DNA from: Lama glama
Lineage: Eukaryota
Reading direction: 5' to 3'
DNA: 64,000 bases
Assembly (NCBI GenBank): GCA_028534125.1
Contig: CM052817.1
Span: forward strand, 55,492,001-55,556,000
Shown: positions 27,001-40,369 of the stretch, one piece after another
How the letters are laid out: every line of letters begins with the position of its first letter
Numbering within the stretch: position 1 is the first letter of the stretch
Notes under the pieces: generated by a model
Databases searched by the model: none
Told to the model about the DNA's origin: nothing
Seen by the model: the letters and a program-made list of their open reading frames with translations, nothing else
Position numbers and translations under genes: made by a program

Positions 27001-28431
27001 ATAATGTTTCGAGGACATATGGCAGTTGAATTAATATTTTGGGTTGAAAAGAATAGGCAATTAAAAGGGAGAGCACCAGCATCTAAGAACAAATTTCCTT
27101 TTCTGGGAGGTGTGGCAGCTAACCATTTACAGTCTTAATTTCATCTTCCTGTGGGTATAATTGTCAAATTAATTCCATTTTCTACTACCTTAGTTTTTGA
27201 TCTAGATTGGTGCATAAATTTGTTGAACTGTGATCAATCACTATGGTTTTTATCAATAATTTTGTACTTCATGGCAAACTCTCCATTAAAAATAACCACA
27301 AATTAAAAAGAAAACCAAAACAAAAATAAGAACAATTATCAACTTGGGAAAAACTTATCCCATTGTAGCTAATATGATAACGCTGCGGTATGCAGACTAG
27401 GTAGTGCTTTTAGTGCTTTACGATAATGAATCCTTGCTTCTCATGGGTATGTAAAATTTCAGATTCAACAATTTTTTTGAAGCTAGTTTATTCTGTAACA
27501 TTAAAAAAAAATAACTTTCTTGTTGATTGACCACAATAATGTTCAGTCTTTTTGAGAACATGAATCTTTCCTGCATTTTAGTAGCTCTTCTGGGTCCAGG
27601 AAATTTTAGTTCACTGTCAATTATCTCATCATATATGTCTACATGATTCCACAGATATCTGTATGATTAGAAAAAAGAATTAATAAATTAATTTTCTGTA
27701 AGAAATATTTTTGCTGATTTCCCCTAACTCCTCCATAAGCACCCTACTACACTCTTTTTTCAGTATAATGTTAGAAGATTTCCCGTGACCATATTCACTA
27801 ATAGATTAATGCTGCTGGAGACCTCTCCCAGAAGAACTTTTTGATTTCAGACTCCCAACTCCATGTGTCCCATCTACCAACTTAGTGTGTAGGAGTTGGT
27901 AGAGAAAAGGTGGTAATATCAGTTTTTGCATTTATATAAGCTAATGGTTTAATGTCTGTAGTTCTTAGCATATGTTAATTACTGGAAAGAGATTTCCCCC
28001 AATATGGCTTCTGTCTTTCTCATTTTAGCATTCTCAACTTTAGCTCCATTAGTACTTCTCTCTTCTCCATATAGAAACACTTTCCACCTAAGCACTTAAC
28101 CACAATTTTAGATGTGCTTCAACACATAATTAGCCTTTTGAAAAATACCTTTAAAAACATAGAATACATTTGCAACTAAATGATGAACAAGGAAAAGCTA
28201 TTTCTGTTACAATCTAAAACAGTCTGAAAAATGATACCAAAAAAAATCAGAAACTAGTCCTAAAGATGGCCTATTTCAAAAAAATTAATTTGACAATGTA
28301 TATATTAATTTAAATTTTGAATTGCCTTTTGCCAAAGTGTGTTTGTTTATATTACATTAAATATTTAGCTCTCTAAATATGCATACAGAGATCTACACAA
28401 TGATAATAATACTCCCAAAATATGTATTCTT

Positions 28432-28722
28432 TTTTTTATCAGAAAAGAGGAAGATTTAATATCAACTATTGATTCACATCCAGATGCAGACATCACTATA
28501 GTGCCCAGATATGGTTTCTTACTTGATTTCTTTTTTTTTAAACATTTTTTATTGATTTATAATCATTTACAATGTTGTGTGAAATTCCAGTGTAGAGCAC
28601 AATTTTTCAGTCATACATGAACATATATATATTCATTGTCACATTTTTTTCTCTGTGAGCTACCATAAGATCTTGTATATCCCTGTGCTATACAGTATAA
28701 TCTTGTTTATCTATTTGACAAT
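28432..28722 (-). mobile_element. Young camelid L1 3' end (28531-28722) carrying a 3'-transduced segment (28438-28530)
   Basis: Perfect TSD caaaatatgtattctt at 28416-28431 and 28723-28738. Two T-runs (28430-28437 and 28531-28539). The L1 part is near-identical to 38419-38610. Confidence 0.9.
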
Positions 28723-28749
28723 CAAAATATGTATTCTTAAACCCCAGTT

Positions 28750-28955
28750 CTACAATTTCTGTAAACTATGGCTAGCAGGCCAACATTTTGTTTTTCCCAA
28801 TAAAATTTTATTTAAACAAAGCCATGCCCATTCATTAACCTAGTATCTGTTGCTGCTTTCCTAGTACAACAAAAGAGACAGTTGCAATGCATACCTTATG
28901 GTCCTCAAAACCTTTAATATTTATTTTCTGGACCTTTTAGAAAAGGTTTGTTTGT
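28750..28955. mobile_element. MER58A-like DNA transposon
   Basis: aaactatggc..aggcca, gccatgcccattcatt..tatctgttgctgctttc and aatatttattttctggaccttttagaaaaggtttg. Confidence 0.8.
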
Positions 28956-31199
28956 GCCAACATAATACAACATTTGCTCAATGGCAGTTCGTGAAATAAT
29001 TTATGCTACTATATATCAATTTTCTACCCTACATGCTGTGTTAGAAGCAATGTCTTCAAACAGAGCTGCAGCAGAAGCTCCTGAGGTTTCTCTTTGGCCA
29101 GTGCCCCTTCAAGAACTCTCCATAATCTATCCACTGATGATCCTCCTTCTGAGATTCTTCATCCCTACATCTTGCTTAGTGTGCAGTGTGACACTAACTT
29201 TCCACAGCCAGTTGGATAAAAACATTACCTCAAGTAGATCAATCCAACTTTCTTCCTCAAGTAATACAAAATTAGTTAATTATCCATGAGTGTTTATAAA
29301 GTGATATGCACTTTAAGGCTGAAGTTATGTCAAGAATGCAATTTTGGAGTATACATGATATTAAACAGATGGAGAGAAACATCTTCAGAGAAAAGTAGAG
29401 GCAGAAAGATACCCCAAAAGAAGCAGAGAACGAAAAGGTACAGAAAGAGAAGAGACTCTGCCTTGATTCTGAAAAATTATTGGTTCAAGTTTTTTGAGTC
29501 CAATCTATTATATTCAAAGAAATTTGAAGGTACAACATCCATAAACATTAAAAAGGCCGTGGCTTAAAATTGGGTATTTAAAAAATATTTTGATAAACTA
29601 TATGTGCAATGATTGAAAAAATAATCCATAAGAAAATTGGAGAGATAAAGAAAACATAACAGAAAGAAAACGAAAGGAAAGATGAGAGGAGAGCGGAGCA
29701 AAGGTGAGACACAGTAAGACAGGAAGAAGAGACATAGGGAAACATTTCAGAAGGTCCAATGTTCAAATTATAGGTGTTCCAGAGAGAGATTATCCAGAAA
29801 ATATATAAAATCAGATTGTAGTTGGTCCAGTTCACCGAAATATAATTTTTGACTTACTCTTCCTGAAATCTGAAAATTCCTGGAGCAAATACATTAACTC
29901 AGCTCCTTGTCTTTGAGTTATTGATTTGAAACTCATCTGTTTGGTATGGCCTTCTCTTAGCTACCAAATTTAGTTAGATTTGCTCTTGCCAGCCCCATCT
30001 TCTCAAATCCATGCCAGTTTTCTTCATTGTTGTTGACCTTCTGAAATTCACATTTATGTGATTGCATGTTTGCTTTTTAATCAGTATCTGTTGCCCTCAT
30101 TCAGTTCTGTCTTCCATGAAGATAAGAACTTACATCAATTTTCATTGATCTCCATGTTCCACAGTTCTCATCAAACCTAACACATAGTATGCCATCAATG
30201 AGTGCTTGTTTTATTCATCTTTGCTTTCACAGCAAAATGCTGACCTCTGATAGAAATAATCAGAAATTGCTGAATGAATTTTTAAATAGAAATTGCAAAT
30301 AACTCTACTATTTAATGTATGTTTTAAAAGATATCTAAAAGACAGTACCTTCTGAATGGAGGAGCCATTTCTCTTTTGTATTTTATATTTTTTCAACTTA
30401 AGTAATGGGCAGAAAAACAACTTAGTTTATAACTTTACAGTGAAAATTTTTCGAAGCAAATGTTACTAAGGAGATAAAGAGGTGGAGTGTTCCATTTGGC
30501 CTATCTTATTTTGAAAGCATTGTTTACAATAATCTTATTTATTATTCTTGGAGTTTCAGAATTCGCTATTACTTTGTTTCTGTTTATGCTTTCTTCCATG
30601 TAAGAGGTGATAATCTGTAAACATTAAAATTGTAATGTTCTTTCAGATAAAAGAGAAAAAAAGGAGGGTCATTTCCAAATTGTTCAATTTGCTTAATGGA
30701 AAAATCAATTTAGTAACCTGCATCTGTTATAAATATAGTTGCATATTTAGAAATGTCAACACCATCTTATATGAAATGTATATAATTACATATAATTTAA
30801 TTGACATTGAAGAACAAAAGATTAACTCTGAAATGTGTGCACAATAATATATGGCTATTAATGCAATGTTTTAGTGATAGAAGAAATTCAAGAAAGAAGA
30901 AATGAAATGGATTTTGGGATTCCATTAAATGTAGAAGGAATTATTTAGTGAGATAAAGAAGTTCCTTTTTCAGTTTCCATCTCTGTATCTTTCCAATTTT
31001 AGTACATGTGCTGCCAAAGCAAGCACTCTGAGTTCCCTCTTACTTGCTGTATGTAGATACAAAGTAAAATAGGGCAGTACTACTAAAAGGAAAAAATGAC
31101 ATGAAGTGAAATATAGCCGTGTGTGATCAAGGATATTTTAGAGACACATGCAAAACTTTGCTAGTAAGCAGAAAGGGGAAGGCCTCCCTACTGGGGAAT

Positions 31200-31740
31200 T
31201 TGAGACTGCTTCACAGAGGACCTTGCATCTGAACTGGGTCTTGAATAATGTATAGGAGCCTTCCAGAGAAAAGGGGGTAGAATAGAGAGAGCATGTATTT
31301 AGAAATGGAGTAAAGAAATAGAGTGTTGAGGACTTTTATGAGTGTGTTTGGAGAACCTAAAGGACTTGGTGAGTGTGATGTACAGTTATAAGGTGTAGGA
31401 ATAGCAGAAGATAAAGCCCTATGGCTTTGCTGTGAAAACCTAGAACAAGTAAAGAGGTGCACGGCCATTCTGTAGGAAACTTCATGCTAATACAAGTCCT
31501 CAGTTGGAAAGGGTATTTTATTTTTCTTTAAAGAATAATGCCTCTGAAAACTTTGGATTGCTGGAATGTCAAGAGAAAAGACTACATGGAGGTGGGGACA
31601 TCAGTCAGAAGGCTATAGCAGGAGTCAGGAAGAAAGCGGTTGTGGTCTTATCAAGGCAGTGGCATACACAGTTTATTGTTAGGAGATCCATTAAGGAGAT
31701 AAAACTGGCAGTATACAGTCATCAGTTTTACTGTCGAAGT
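31200..31740 (-). mobile_element. L2 LINE fragment
   Basis: gaactgggtcttgaa..ataggag, cagaaggctatagcaggagtcagg and ttaaggagataaaactggcag are L2-like motifs. Confidence 0.6.
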
Positions 31741-33765
31741 CAGGGTTAGTATATCAAGACTGGGTTCTTACCTCATATTTGTATAGCCTTCCAATTAAAA
31801 ATGACAGCAACAAAAATGTTTTCTTCAAGGTAATATAGAAACAATCCCCTTTCCATTACCCATTATCTAACATAACTTTACAAATCATAGCTATTCTGTT
31901 TTTATTTTTCAAACATTCCTTATTATTCAAAAATTTATTAATAAATATCTTCAGGATGAATGAGTAGATAGATAAACAAACCTGACAGCAAATTTCATAT
32001 ATTTAAGTAAAGGAAATAAATGGCTACTATAGTAAATGACTATAAACAGGATGTATTTATGTTATTTGTCAGTAGTGTATTATTATTATATTATATACTT
32101 TTATTTATATTTTATTTTTGTTTACTAATATAATTCTTAGTTCAATTTCCACTGTGATATTGTTTTCCTGGTACTTTTTACTTCTAAATATGATACAGAG
32201 ATAAGCACTGCTGCCAAGTAAAATGAAATAAATTTTGCACTTCCCCGTGTTTAACCAACCTCCATAGGGTCTAGTCTTAAACACTCAAGTACTTTCTCCA
32301 AATAACAAAAACAAATGCTTTTCTTTATCATTAACTTCTCAAAGCCTGCTAACTTTTGTGAAATCACTGCAGCTAGGCTCAAATGGTGTATGAAATGAAA
32401 ATTTCCTGTCTAGCCACTGCACATAGGAAACATCATGACACCATCTTACAATCATGTTCTGCTCGGTTATTTTTTGTAATACTGAGGTCATGAAGTAAAA
32501 CAAACTTACTGAAGAAGAGAAAAAGGGCAACTGAGACTTCTTCAAATGTCATTTTGATTTACCCCTTTTCTGGATATGCTTAATTGGAGGTATTAGAGCA
32601 ACTTGAAATTAAGTGCTGCTTTCAACTGAGCACCCAAGGATGCACCAATCCCAGATATCAAATATGTGCTAGAAATATGCATATAAAAGTTTCCTAACTG
32701 GTGAGCACCAGCCGCTGTGGTTATGCTGAAATTAATAGCTCCATGACCCAGAGGAGGTTCCACCCTAATTTGTCTTTTCTATATTTGTAACAGCAGCTTG
32801 GGAAAGAAGGTGTTCTTCCTGACATACGTCTATTGCTTTTTGTATTAAATGGCATGACGGTAAAATGTGGATAAAACTGACTTGGTCTATAAAGAGAGAT
32901 GACAACAGCAATAGACACAAAACACAAAACATAAACTCCCACATAAAAGTTTCTATTTCCTCTTGCAGTACTCATTTTATTTTCCTTTCATCCATATAAC
33001 TAGAACTCACTGATATATAGCAGAAGAGATCTCATATTCCATTTTTTAAAATGTGTCTTTCCCCAGAAAAAGCATAGACATGCCATACAATCGTTCTTGT
33101 ATTTGCTTCTTTTCTATTCAATTGCATTGCCTCTATTTTGAAAGCATTTAAGAGAGTTCATTTTGCCTGTTCCAGAACTGTGTGAGTATAGGTGCAGGGG
33201 TAACAGGATAGAGCATTCGTTCATTCCACAGAGGTTCTCTGAGAGCTTCACTTGTGTCTATCATTACTTTATGTACTAACCCACGCTAGAACAGGTAGTA
33301 TTCAGCATTATATCAGTACTGTGCCTAACCTTTTTTTGCATCTTACAATAAATAAGAGGGAAAGATTAGCATTAGCCTGTTTATGAGTTGATTTTGTTTG
33401 TGGTTTTGTTTTTGTTTTTATTTTTATTTTTTTGTTCTGTGGACCTAGAACCAAGGACCAAGACATGGATAATCCATGATTGCCAATCTAATTATATTAA
33501 GGCTAATTCTAAGACCATATCTTGGAATTCAAAGGAAATTGCCTGTACAAATTGTGACTAGGTTCTTAGGCAAGTCCGTAAATACCTATTTTGTGATATT
33601 TTATATTATGAGTTTGAAGAGGACTGGGCTCAGAATCATAAAACATGACTGGAATTTCTGGCTTTCTACTTACTGTATGATTTTGTGTGTGTTAGTTGTT
33701 CCTTGCGAGTAGCACTCTGTTGATCAAAGTTGAAAACCCACTATTCTGGAAAGTGCCTTATAAAT

Positions 33766-34210
33766 TGTATTAGTTTCCTAAAGTTGCCATAAAAAAAGCA
33801 CCATCAATTGCATAGATTAAGTCACCAGAAATGTCTCGTCTCACACTTCTGGAGGCCAAAAATCCAAGTTCAAGGTGTCAGCAGGGCCGAGCGCTCTGGG
33901 AAGTCTGCAGGGCGTCTTCCCTTGCTCTTCCTAGCTTCTGGTGCTTTGCTCGCACTCCTTTGAGTTCCTTGGTCTGTAGGTACTTTACTTTAATCCTCTG
34001 TCTTCACGTAGCATAGTCCTTGTGTCTGTCTTCACATGGCCAGCTCCTCAGAAGGACACAGACATATTGGGTCATAGGCCTAGCCTGCTCTAATATGACT
34101 TCATCTGAACTAATTATAACTGCAACCACCCTTTTTGCAAATAAGGTCACCTTTTGAGGGTAAGGCCTTCAACATAACCTTTTTGGAGGGACACAGTGTA
34201 ACCAGAAGCA
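33766..34210 (-). mobile_element. Complete MLT1C-like MaLR solo LTR with 5-bp TSD
   Basis: tgtattagtttcct...ttctggaggcc...aaggtgtcagcagggcc...aaataaggtcac...gca. TSD TAAAT at 33761-33765 and 34211-34215. Confidence 0.9.
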
Positions 34211-34706
34211 TAAATATTTAAGTACCATACTGATTATTAGTAGCTAAATTCTAATAATGTATGGATAAAATTGACTTTTTTCTCTCATTAGAACAATAGC
34301 ACCTGTAACTACCGATGGATATCCTCAGAGTAAAGTAAAAAGTGTGCCAAACGAAATAATTATTTGTCCCATGCTAACCATCACTATTAGTTTCCTGATG
34401 AATCTATACCTGTCACACACTACTTTTTTTTTTTTTTTACTTTTTTTCTTTTCTTCACAAAGGTAGTTCTTTATTACTGCAAATCTGCTTTGGTATAATC
34501 CCATATGCCTTAAAATCCCTGCCATGTAGGAGTTCAGGAACTCAAATGATGTTGAAACTCTTAAACTGAAAGTTGGCACCACTCTATATATCTGAGAGAA
34601 TTGCAGAATTGGCCAGGAACTTGCTGATTCTTTGACATGTGCATACCTGCTCATCATATACATCTATCATTTACAACACCGATTTCAATAATCAAACTTG
34701 CGACTA

Positions 34707-35135
34707 TTCTTTATTCTTTTTTTTTTTATTGAAGTACAGTCAGTTACAATGTGTCAGTTTCTGGTGTACAGCACAATGTTCCAGTCATGCATATACATAC
34801 GTATATTCATTTTCATATTTTTTTCATTGAAGGTTATTACAAGATATTGAATATAGTTCCCTGTGCTATACTGAAGAAACTTTTTAAAATCTATTTTTAT
34901 ATATAGTGGTAATATTTGCAAACTCCCAAATTTATCCCTTCCTACCCTCTTTCCCCTGGTAACCATAAGACTGTTTACTCTGTCTGTTTCTGTTTTGCAA
35001 ATGAGTTCATTAGTGTCCTCTTTTTGTCTTTTTTTTAGATTCCACATATGAGTGATATCATATGGTATTTTTCTTTCTCTTTGGCTTACTTTGCTTAGAA
35101 TGACAATCTCTAGGTCCTTCCATGTTGCTGCAAAT
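34707..35135 (-). mobile_element. Camelid L1 3' end, older subfamily
   Basis: T-tail plus attgaagtacagtcagttacaatg, then ttagattccacatatgagtgatatcatatggtatttttctttctct. Confidence 0.9.
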
Positions 35136-35725
35136 AAGTAAAGTTTGTTAGGAAGTTTGTATTTTTCAAGGTACTTTTCATTTTTTTTATCTCAGTTGAT
35201 TCCTACAATAACCCTGTGAAGAAGAATCCATAGAACTGTTTTCAAATAAGTAGAGTGAAGCTCAGACAGATAGCAGTAATTTGCTCAACGTTATAAAACA
35301 CAAATGGTTAAATGGGAACTAAAACTCCTTTAACTCCAAGTATAATAATTTCTTCCTTATAGCTGTGTCTTTTCTTCTTATTTGGTATGTACTCTGATTG
35401 CCATCTTTCACGTGCCTATTGATTTAACTACCACCTTCACACTAATGGTGACTTTTGAAATCTTTTCTGGACTTCACACCTGTATTTTCAAAGGCTCATG
35501 AGAAATTATCCTAATGCCCTGCTGACATTAAAATGGAATATGCTTGAAATAATTTAGTATTCTCTCTCCCTGCTTCAATCTCTGTGTCTCTTAACAACAT
35601 TCACTAAACACCTACTAATTCGGAATACAAACTTAAGAACCATCCTTTAGTTCTCACTTGCTGCCACCCCTCCACTGCTCATTTCAATATTGAAACAATA
35701 ACCAAGCTGTAAGCCATTTTCTCAC

Positions 35726-35779
35726 AGATTTTCTCCTCTTCATCTGTAGATTTTCTCCTCTTCATCTGTAGATTTTCTC
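35726..35779. repeat. Perfect 22-bp tandem duplication (~2.5 copies)
   Basis: agattttctcctcttcatctgt twice, followed by agattttctc. Confidence 0.95.
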
Positions 35780-36509
35780 TGTTTTTCAAGTTCCCTGTGA
35801 ATAGTTTCCTAAACCATTGAAAAGATTAACTTATTTCACTATTGGCAATATTTTTTCTATCTTAAATATATGCTATAACACAGTACCCCCTGAGTTATTT
35901 TACTAAATTATCATATCACTTCACACTTAAAATTATGTATATAAATAATGTTCTATTTAATATAGTATTGAAATTCCTTAGTAAAAGAATGAAACATACT
36001 TTTTTTTTTTTGCTTGTCGACATACTCAGTTGTGAACTATGAACTGTCGATAACAGTGATGCAAAATCTTATTTAATCAGTTCAAGGATGGTAAAGGTGA
36101 GCATAAACTTTAAACCTTCTAAACAACATGAAGTACTACTTTTTTGTAAAGGCATATGATTTCTCAAACTAGGCTATGAAATGTTGGAATATGTGGCTGC
36201 TTGAAGACCTCTTTTACATAATGAATAATTTATAATTACCATATTAGTTCATTATTCAGATCCCTGTGCAAATTTTAAAGTTGAAAAAGTTTTCTTGGGC
36301 ATCAGTTTTTGTAAATTTCTTTTATATAAGGATGTGACCATTAGTATCAGCTTATAGCAGCTTCTCCAGAAATTTTAATAAGATGTGCCTGTTGTTTCCC
36401 CTAAATTTTTAACACTTGAAAAATGAGTAGTGGCTTCTGATAATAACAGGAGATGATATTTTGAAAAGAAATCACATTAAATCTCCCTCAAAATGTACCA
36501 CATAAATAC

Positions 36510-36800
36510 CTGGTTGTTAGCTGCTCACCAAAATCCATGTTTTCTTGTTTTATTTGATACTTCTTCATGCTCCTTCTATTGCTTGTGGCCACATGATTGA
36601 GTTGTAGGCAACGGGATGTGAAAGGCTATATTCATCAATTGTAAACTTGACCCATAAAAAACTTCTTTTGTGTTTTTTTCCCATACTCTTTTCCACTTTT
36701 GCCTGGAAACACCATGTGCCAAAGAAAGGGAGCTTATATCACCCTAGATCTCTTAAAATTAGGTTGGAGAAGAAACACCTGCCAAACTGATTCATCCGTT
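36510..36800 (+). mobile_element. MLT1J-like LTR fragment
   Basis: gtggccacatgattgagttgtaggcaacgggatgtg and ttgacccataaaaaac. Confidence 0.6.
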
Positions 36801-37764
36801 ATTGTATATTTTCTCTGCTCTAGATGCTTCTGAAAATACATGAAAATTTTCTTTATATTTTCAAATGTTTATCATGTGTAGAAATGGACTGGCACCAAAG
36901 ATTTATTTAAAAATATGCAGAGACATCATTTTGACTGCCTCTACATCTTGGGTTCTTCATTCTTTTATTGGGTTGTAAAGACTAAGTCTAGTTATTGCTC
37001 ACTTGCTTTCAGTACTTGTTTTATTTGTTCATCTGATATGCACATCATCATCAGGTACATATTTTGGGAATGGCTTTTAGTTTCCAAGAGCTGAATATTT
37101 TAATCCATTGTCCTCCCCTCCTCTATTTAGTTCCTCAGCCGACTCATAATTTCTAGAATCGAGGCCTTCTTAGAGTGATAACATATTGACAGCTGATAGA
37201 TAAAGACTTTGTAGAAATTCAAAACAAATCCACTGATACCAGTCATATTCTTGGAGAAATGATCTCCCAGAGTCAACAACATTTCCCTAATTTTAGTGTT
37301 TTGTCACCTTATCACATACTGATGGCATTTTATGAAGAAAATGCCTCCTAAACGTTCAATTCTAAATTTTCTAGGTGTGAATTTCAAATTTCTCACCATT
37401 TAAACCTGGTATATGACCTAAGCCAGACTTGCCTTTCACCTGACAAGCAAATGAGCCTCTATATTGTATGCAAAGCCCAAATTAAGCCTCATGGAAGAAA
37501 CAGTATTTGAACAGGTTGTTTATTTTAATATGTTAGGTATAGTGCTAAGCCTTTGATATTCAATGGCACATAGCCCCAAGATGAGAGGTCTCATTTCGTA
37601 GTGGTCTTCCTGCCCCACACCTATACACGCACAGTCTGACCTACTCCCAGCAACTCCAGTATCATTTTATCACATGAAATCAAAACAGGACCTATTAACT
37701 TTACATTTGAACTCTCTCCTAAGACTGACTATTATACTTGAATTAGGTGAATATCTGTCTGTGT

Positions 37765-37960
37765 TAACAGTGCAAGTCCTAGAGTCAGATTACCTCTGTT
37801 TAAATCCCAAATCCACCGCCTATTAGTTGCCTAGTAAAACAGAGAAGATAAATGTTACTACTTCATAGTTTATTGTGAGGGTTAAATGTCATAATCCACG
37901 TGAAGTTCTCTGAACATCATTTTGAACGTGGTAATTGTTCAATATGCATTAGCTATAATT
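37765..37960 (+). mobile_element. MIR SINE
   Basis: ctagagtcagattacctctgtttaaatccc and tacttcatagtttattgtgagggttaaatg. Confidence 0.75.
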
Positions 37961-38139
37961 TTTATTTTCTCATTATATATTTGCACATTCAAATATAGAA
38001 GTTGACACATGCTTTAACTTTTTATTCCAATCTAATTTACAAAATTACACATATCAAATTTTTTAATGTGCTTCACCACAGCCTTTAGGATTTATTTAAT
38101 GACTAATTCAGTAATTTCTCTTCAATTGTGGTGTATTAA

Positions 38140-38320
38140 AAAGGAGGGATAAGTTAAGGGTATGCTATTAACAGATACAAACTACTATATATAAAATAGA
38201 TAAGCAACAAGTATATATATTATATAGCACAAGAAATTATACACAGTATCTTGTAATAACCTATAATGGAATATAATCTGCAAAAACACTGAATCACTAC
38301 ACTGTACACGTGAAACTGAC
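38140..38320 (+). mobile_element. Cetartiodactyl-type L1 3'UTR fragment
   Basis: attaacagatacaaactactatatataaaatagataagcaacaag..tatagcacaagaaattat..tatcttgtaataacctataatgg. Confidence 0.8.
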
Positions 38321-38418
38321 TAATTTTATCCTAAATTTTCTAACTCGGAAGATTTAGATTTTTGCTATTTAGACTCACAGTGTTACTAATCTAAGATATT
38401 CTTACCTTATGGTCTTTT

Positions 38419-39003
38419 TTAAAAAATTTTTTATTGATTTATAATCATTTTACAATGTTGTGTCAAATTACAGTGTAGAGCACAATTTTTCAGTCATACA
38501 TGAACATATATATATTCATTGTCACATTTTTTTCTCTGTGAGCTACCATAAGATCTTATGTATATTTCTCTGTGCTATACAGTATAATCTTGTTTACCTA
38601 TTCTACAATTTTGAAATCCCGTCTATCCCTTCCAACCCTCTGCCCCCTTGGCAACCACAAGTTTTGTATTCTATGTCTATGAGTCTATTTCTGTTTTGTA
38701 TTTATGTTTTGTTTTTGTTGTTTTTGTTTTTGTTTATTTTTAGATTCCACATATGAGCGATCTCATATGGCATTTTTCTTTCTCTTTCTGGCTTACTTCA
38801 CTTAGAATGACATTCTCCAGGTGCATCCATGTTGCTGCTAATGGCGTTATGTTGTCTGTTTTTATGGCTGAGTAGTATTCCATTGTATAAATATACCACA
38901 TCTTCTTTATCCAGTCATCCGTTGATGGACATTTAGGCTGTTTCCATGTCTTGGCTATTGTAAATAGTGCTGCTATGAACATTGGGGTGCAGGTGTCATC
39001 CTG
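38419..39003 (-). mobile_element. Young camelid L1, 5'-truncated, with 15-bp TSD
   Basis: The minus-strand ORF MFIAALFTIAKTWKQPKCPSTDDWIKKMWYIYTMEYYSAIK..ILSEVSQKEK is the intact ORF2p C-terminus. TSD accttatggtctttt at 38404-38418 and 39004-39018, at a TT/AAAA target. Confidence 0.95.
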
Positions 39004-40369
39004 ACCTTATGGTCTTTTAATGATTGTCTCAGTTAAAATTATGGGCATGATATATTTTCTTCTACTTTATAAAAGGCCATTTTTTAAGGATAGAAACAAT
39101 GTAGAAACAATAAGTTTGAACTAAAGTTAGTCTTGTCAATTTAAGATTCTTCTTTTTTTACCTTCTGAATATAAGCTGATAAATGATAACATTGTTTTCA
39201 GAAATATAATGACTTTCTTGGAGAGTGTAAACATGAGGTACATAATAAAGTGTATGTTTAATACTATGGCCCATGCATATAGTGATATTGTTCATTATTT
39301 AGGTGGTGCTTAAAAAGATACTCAAATACTACCAAGTAACTCTAAATTTATGATTTTTGAGCTTATTTTATTTATCCTCTGGGCCAAAACCTCAGTATTC
39401 ATAGTTTGAAACTGTCACATTTTCTCAACATTGTCTTCAGGCTTTATGACATGAGTATGACATGAGAATGGTCAGAGTAAAATACATTGAGCTCCTCAGA
39501 GGTATATAAACCAAGAACAAATGCCATGGAACTGCAGTGTCTTAGGACCATCTTACACTAATGACAGTCTGCACATATGATACTGGTTTATAAAACTTTT
39601 TAAAAGAGCTCTAAAGAAGCTACTCTAGTCTTCTAAATATCTCTGGGTATATGTACATTTAACACAATTCATATACACACCTTAGTTTGTATGTTATGTC
39701 AGTTACTAAACATTATTAGAAGACCAATTTTTTTTATTGTTTTAGGCTGTCCAAAACTTACAGTTTTCATTTGTTTCCCCAGAGCAAAAATTGAACTTGG
39801 CATCCTTGAGGATCAGTATCATTCTTATATGTTTTCCATTAGCATAAGCTTTCTTTACACAATCTCATGTGAGTGTATCTTTAAAATATTATGAACTCAT
39901 GTGTTAGGTATCTATTAATACAAGTGCATGAGTATTCCATGTTTCTCTTGAGTCTATCCCCAAAATGAAACTTGAAATAAAATTGTTCTAATCAATTGGT
40001 ATGCATACACACAGAGTCTGCATATACATACAAAACTGCCTTGTCTATGCAAAATATCTGAATCCTGCAGCTTCAAAGTAATCCAAATCAAAATGCATCT
40101 CAGGAGACATCATCTGAACCTTATCTTGACTTCAGTGACTTGAATGTGGCCAAATTACATCATATTTTAAAATTTTTTTTGAGGTTTCTATTGTCAATTT
40201 TATCTATGTGCCTATATGTACATATATGTATACTTACACAAAGAAAGAGATATACAACTAAACAAATATAAGTTTGCAACAGATTTCTCCAGAGAAATAA
40301 TGAGTCAGGAGACTAAAATAACTCATTTAAACAGCTAAAATGAAATAACACCTGTATCTAAAAGTGAAG

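Noticed and set aside
35726..35779. CRISPR-like array or other repeat-spacer system
   Set aside because: The repeats are directly adjacent with no spacers, the context is mammalian, and there are no cas genes.
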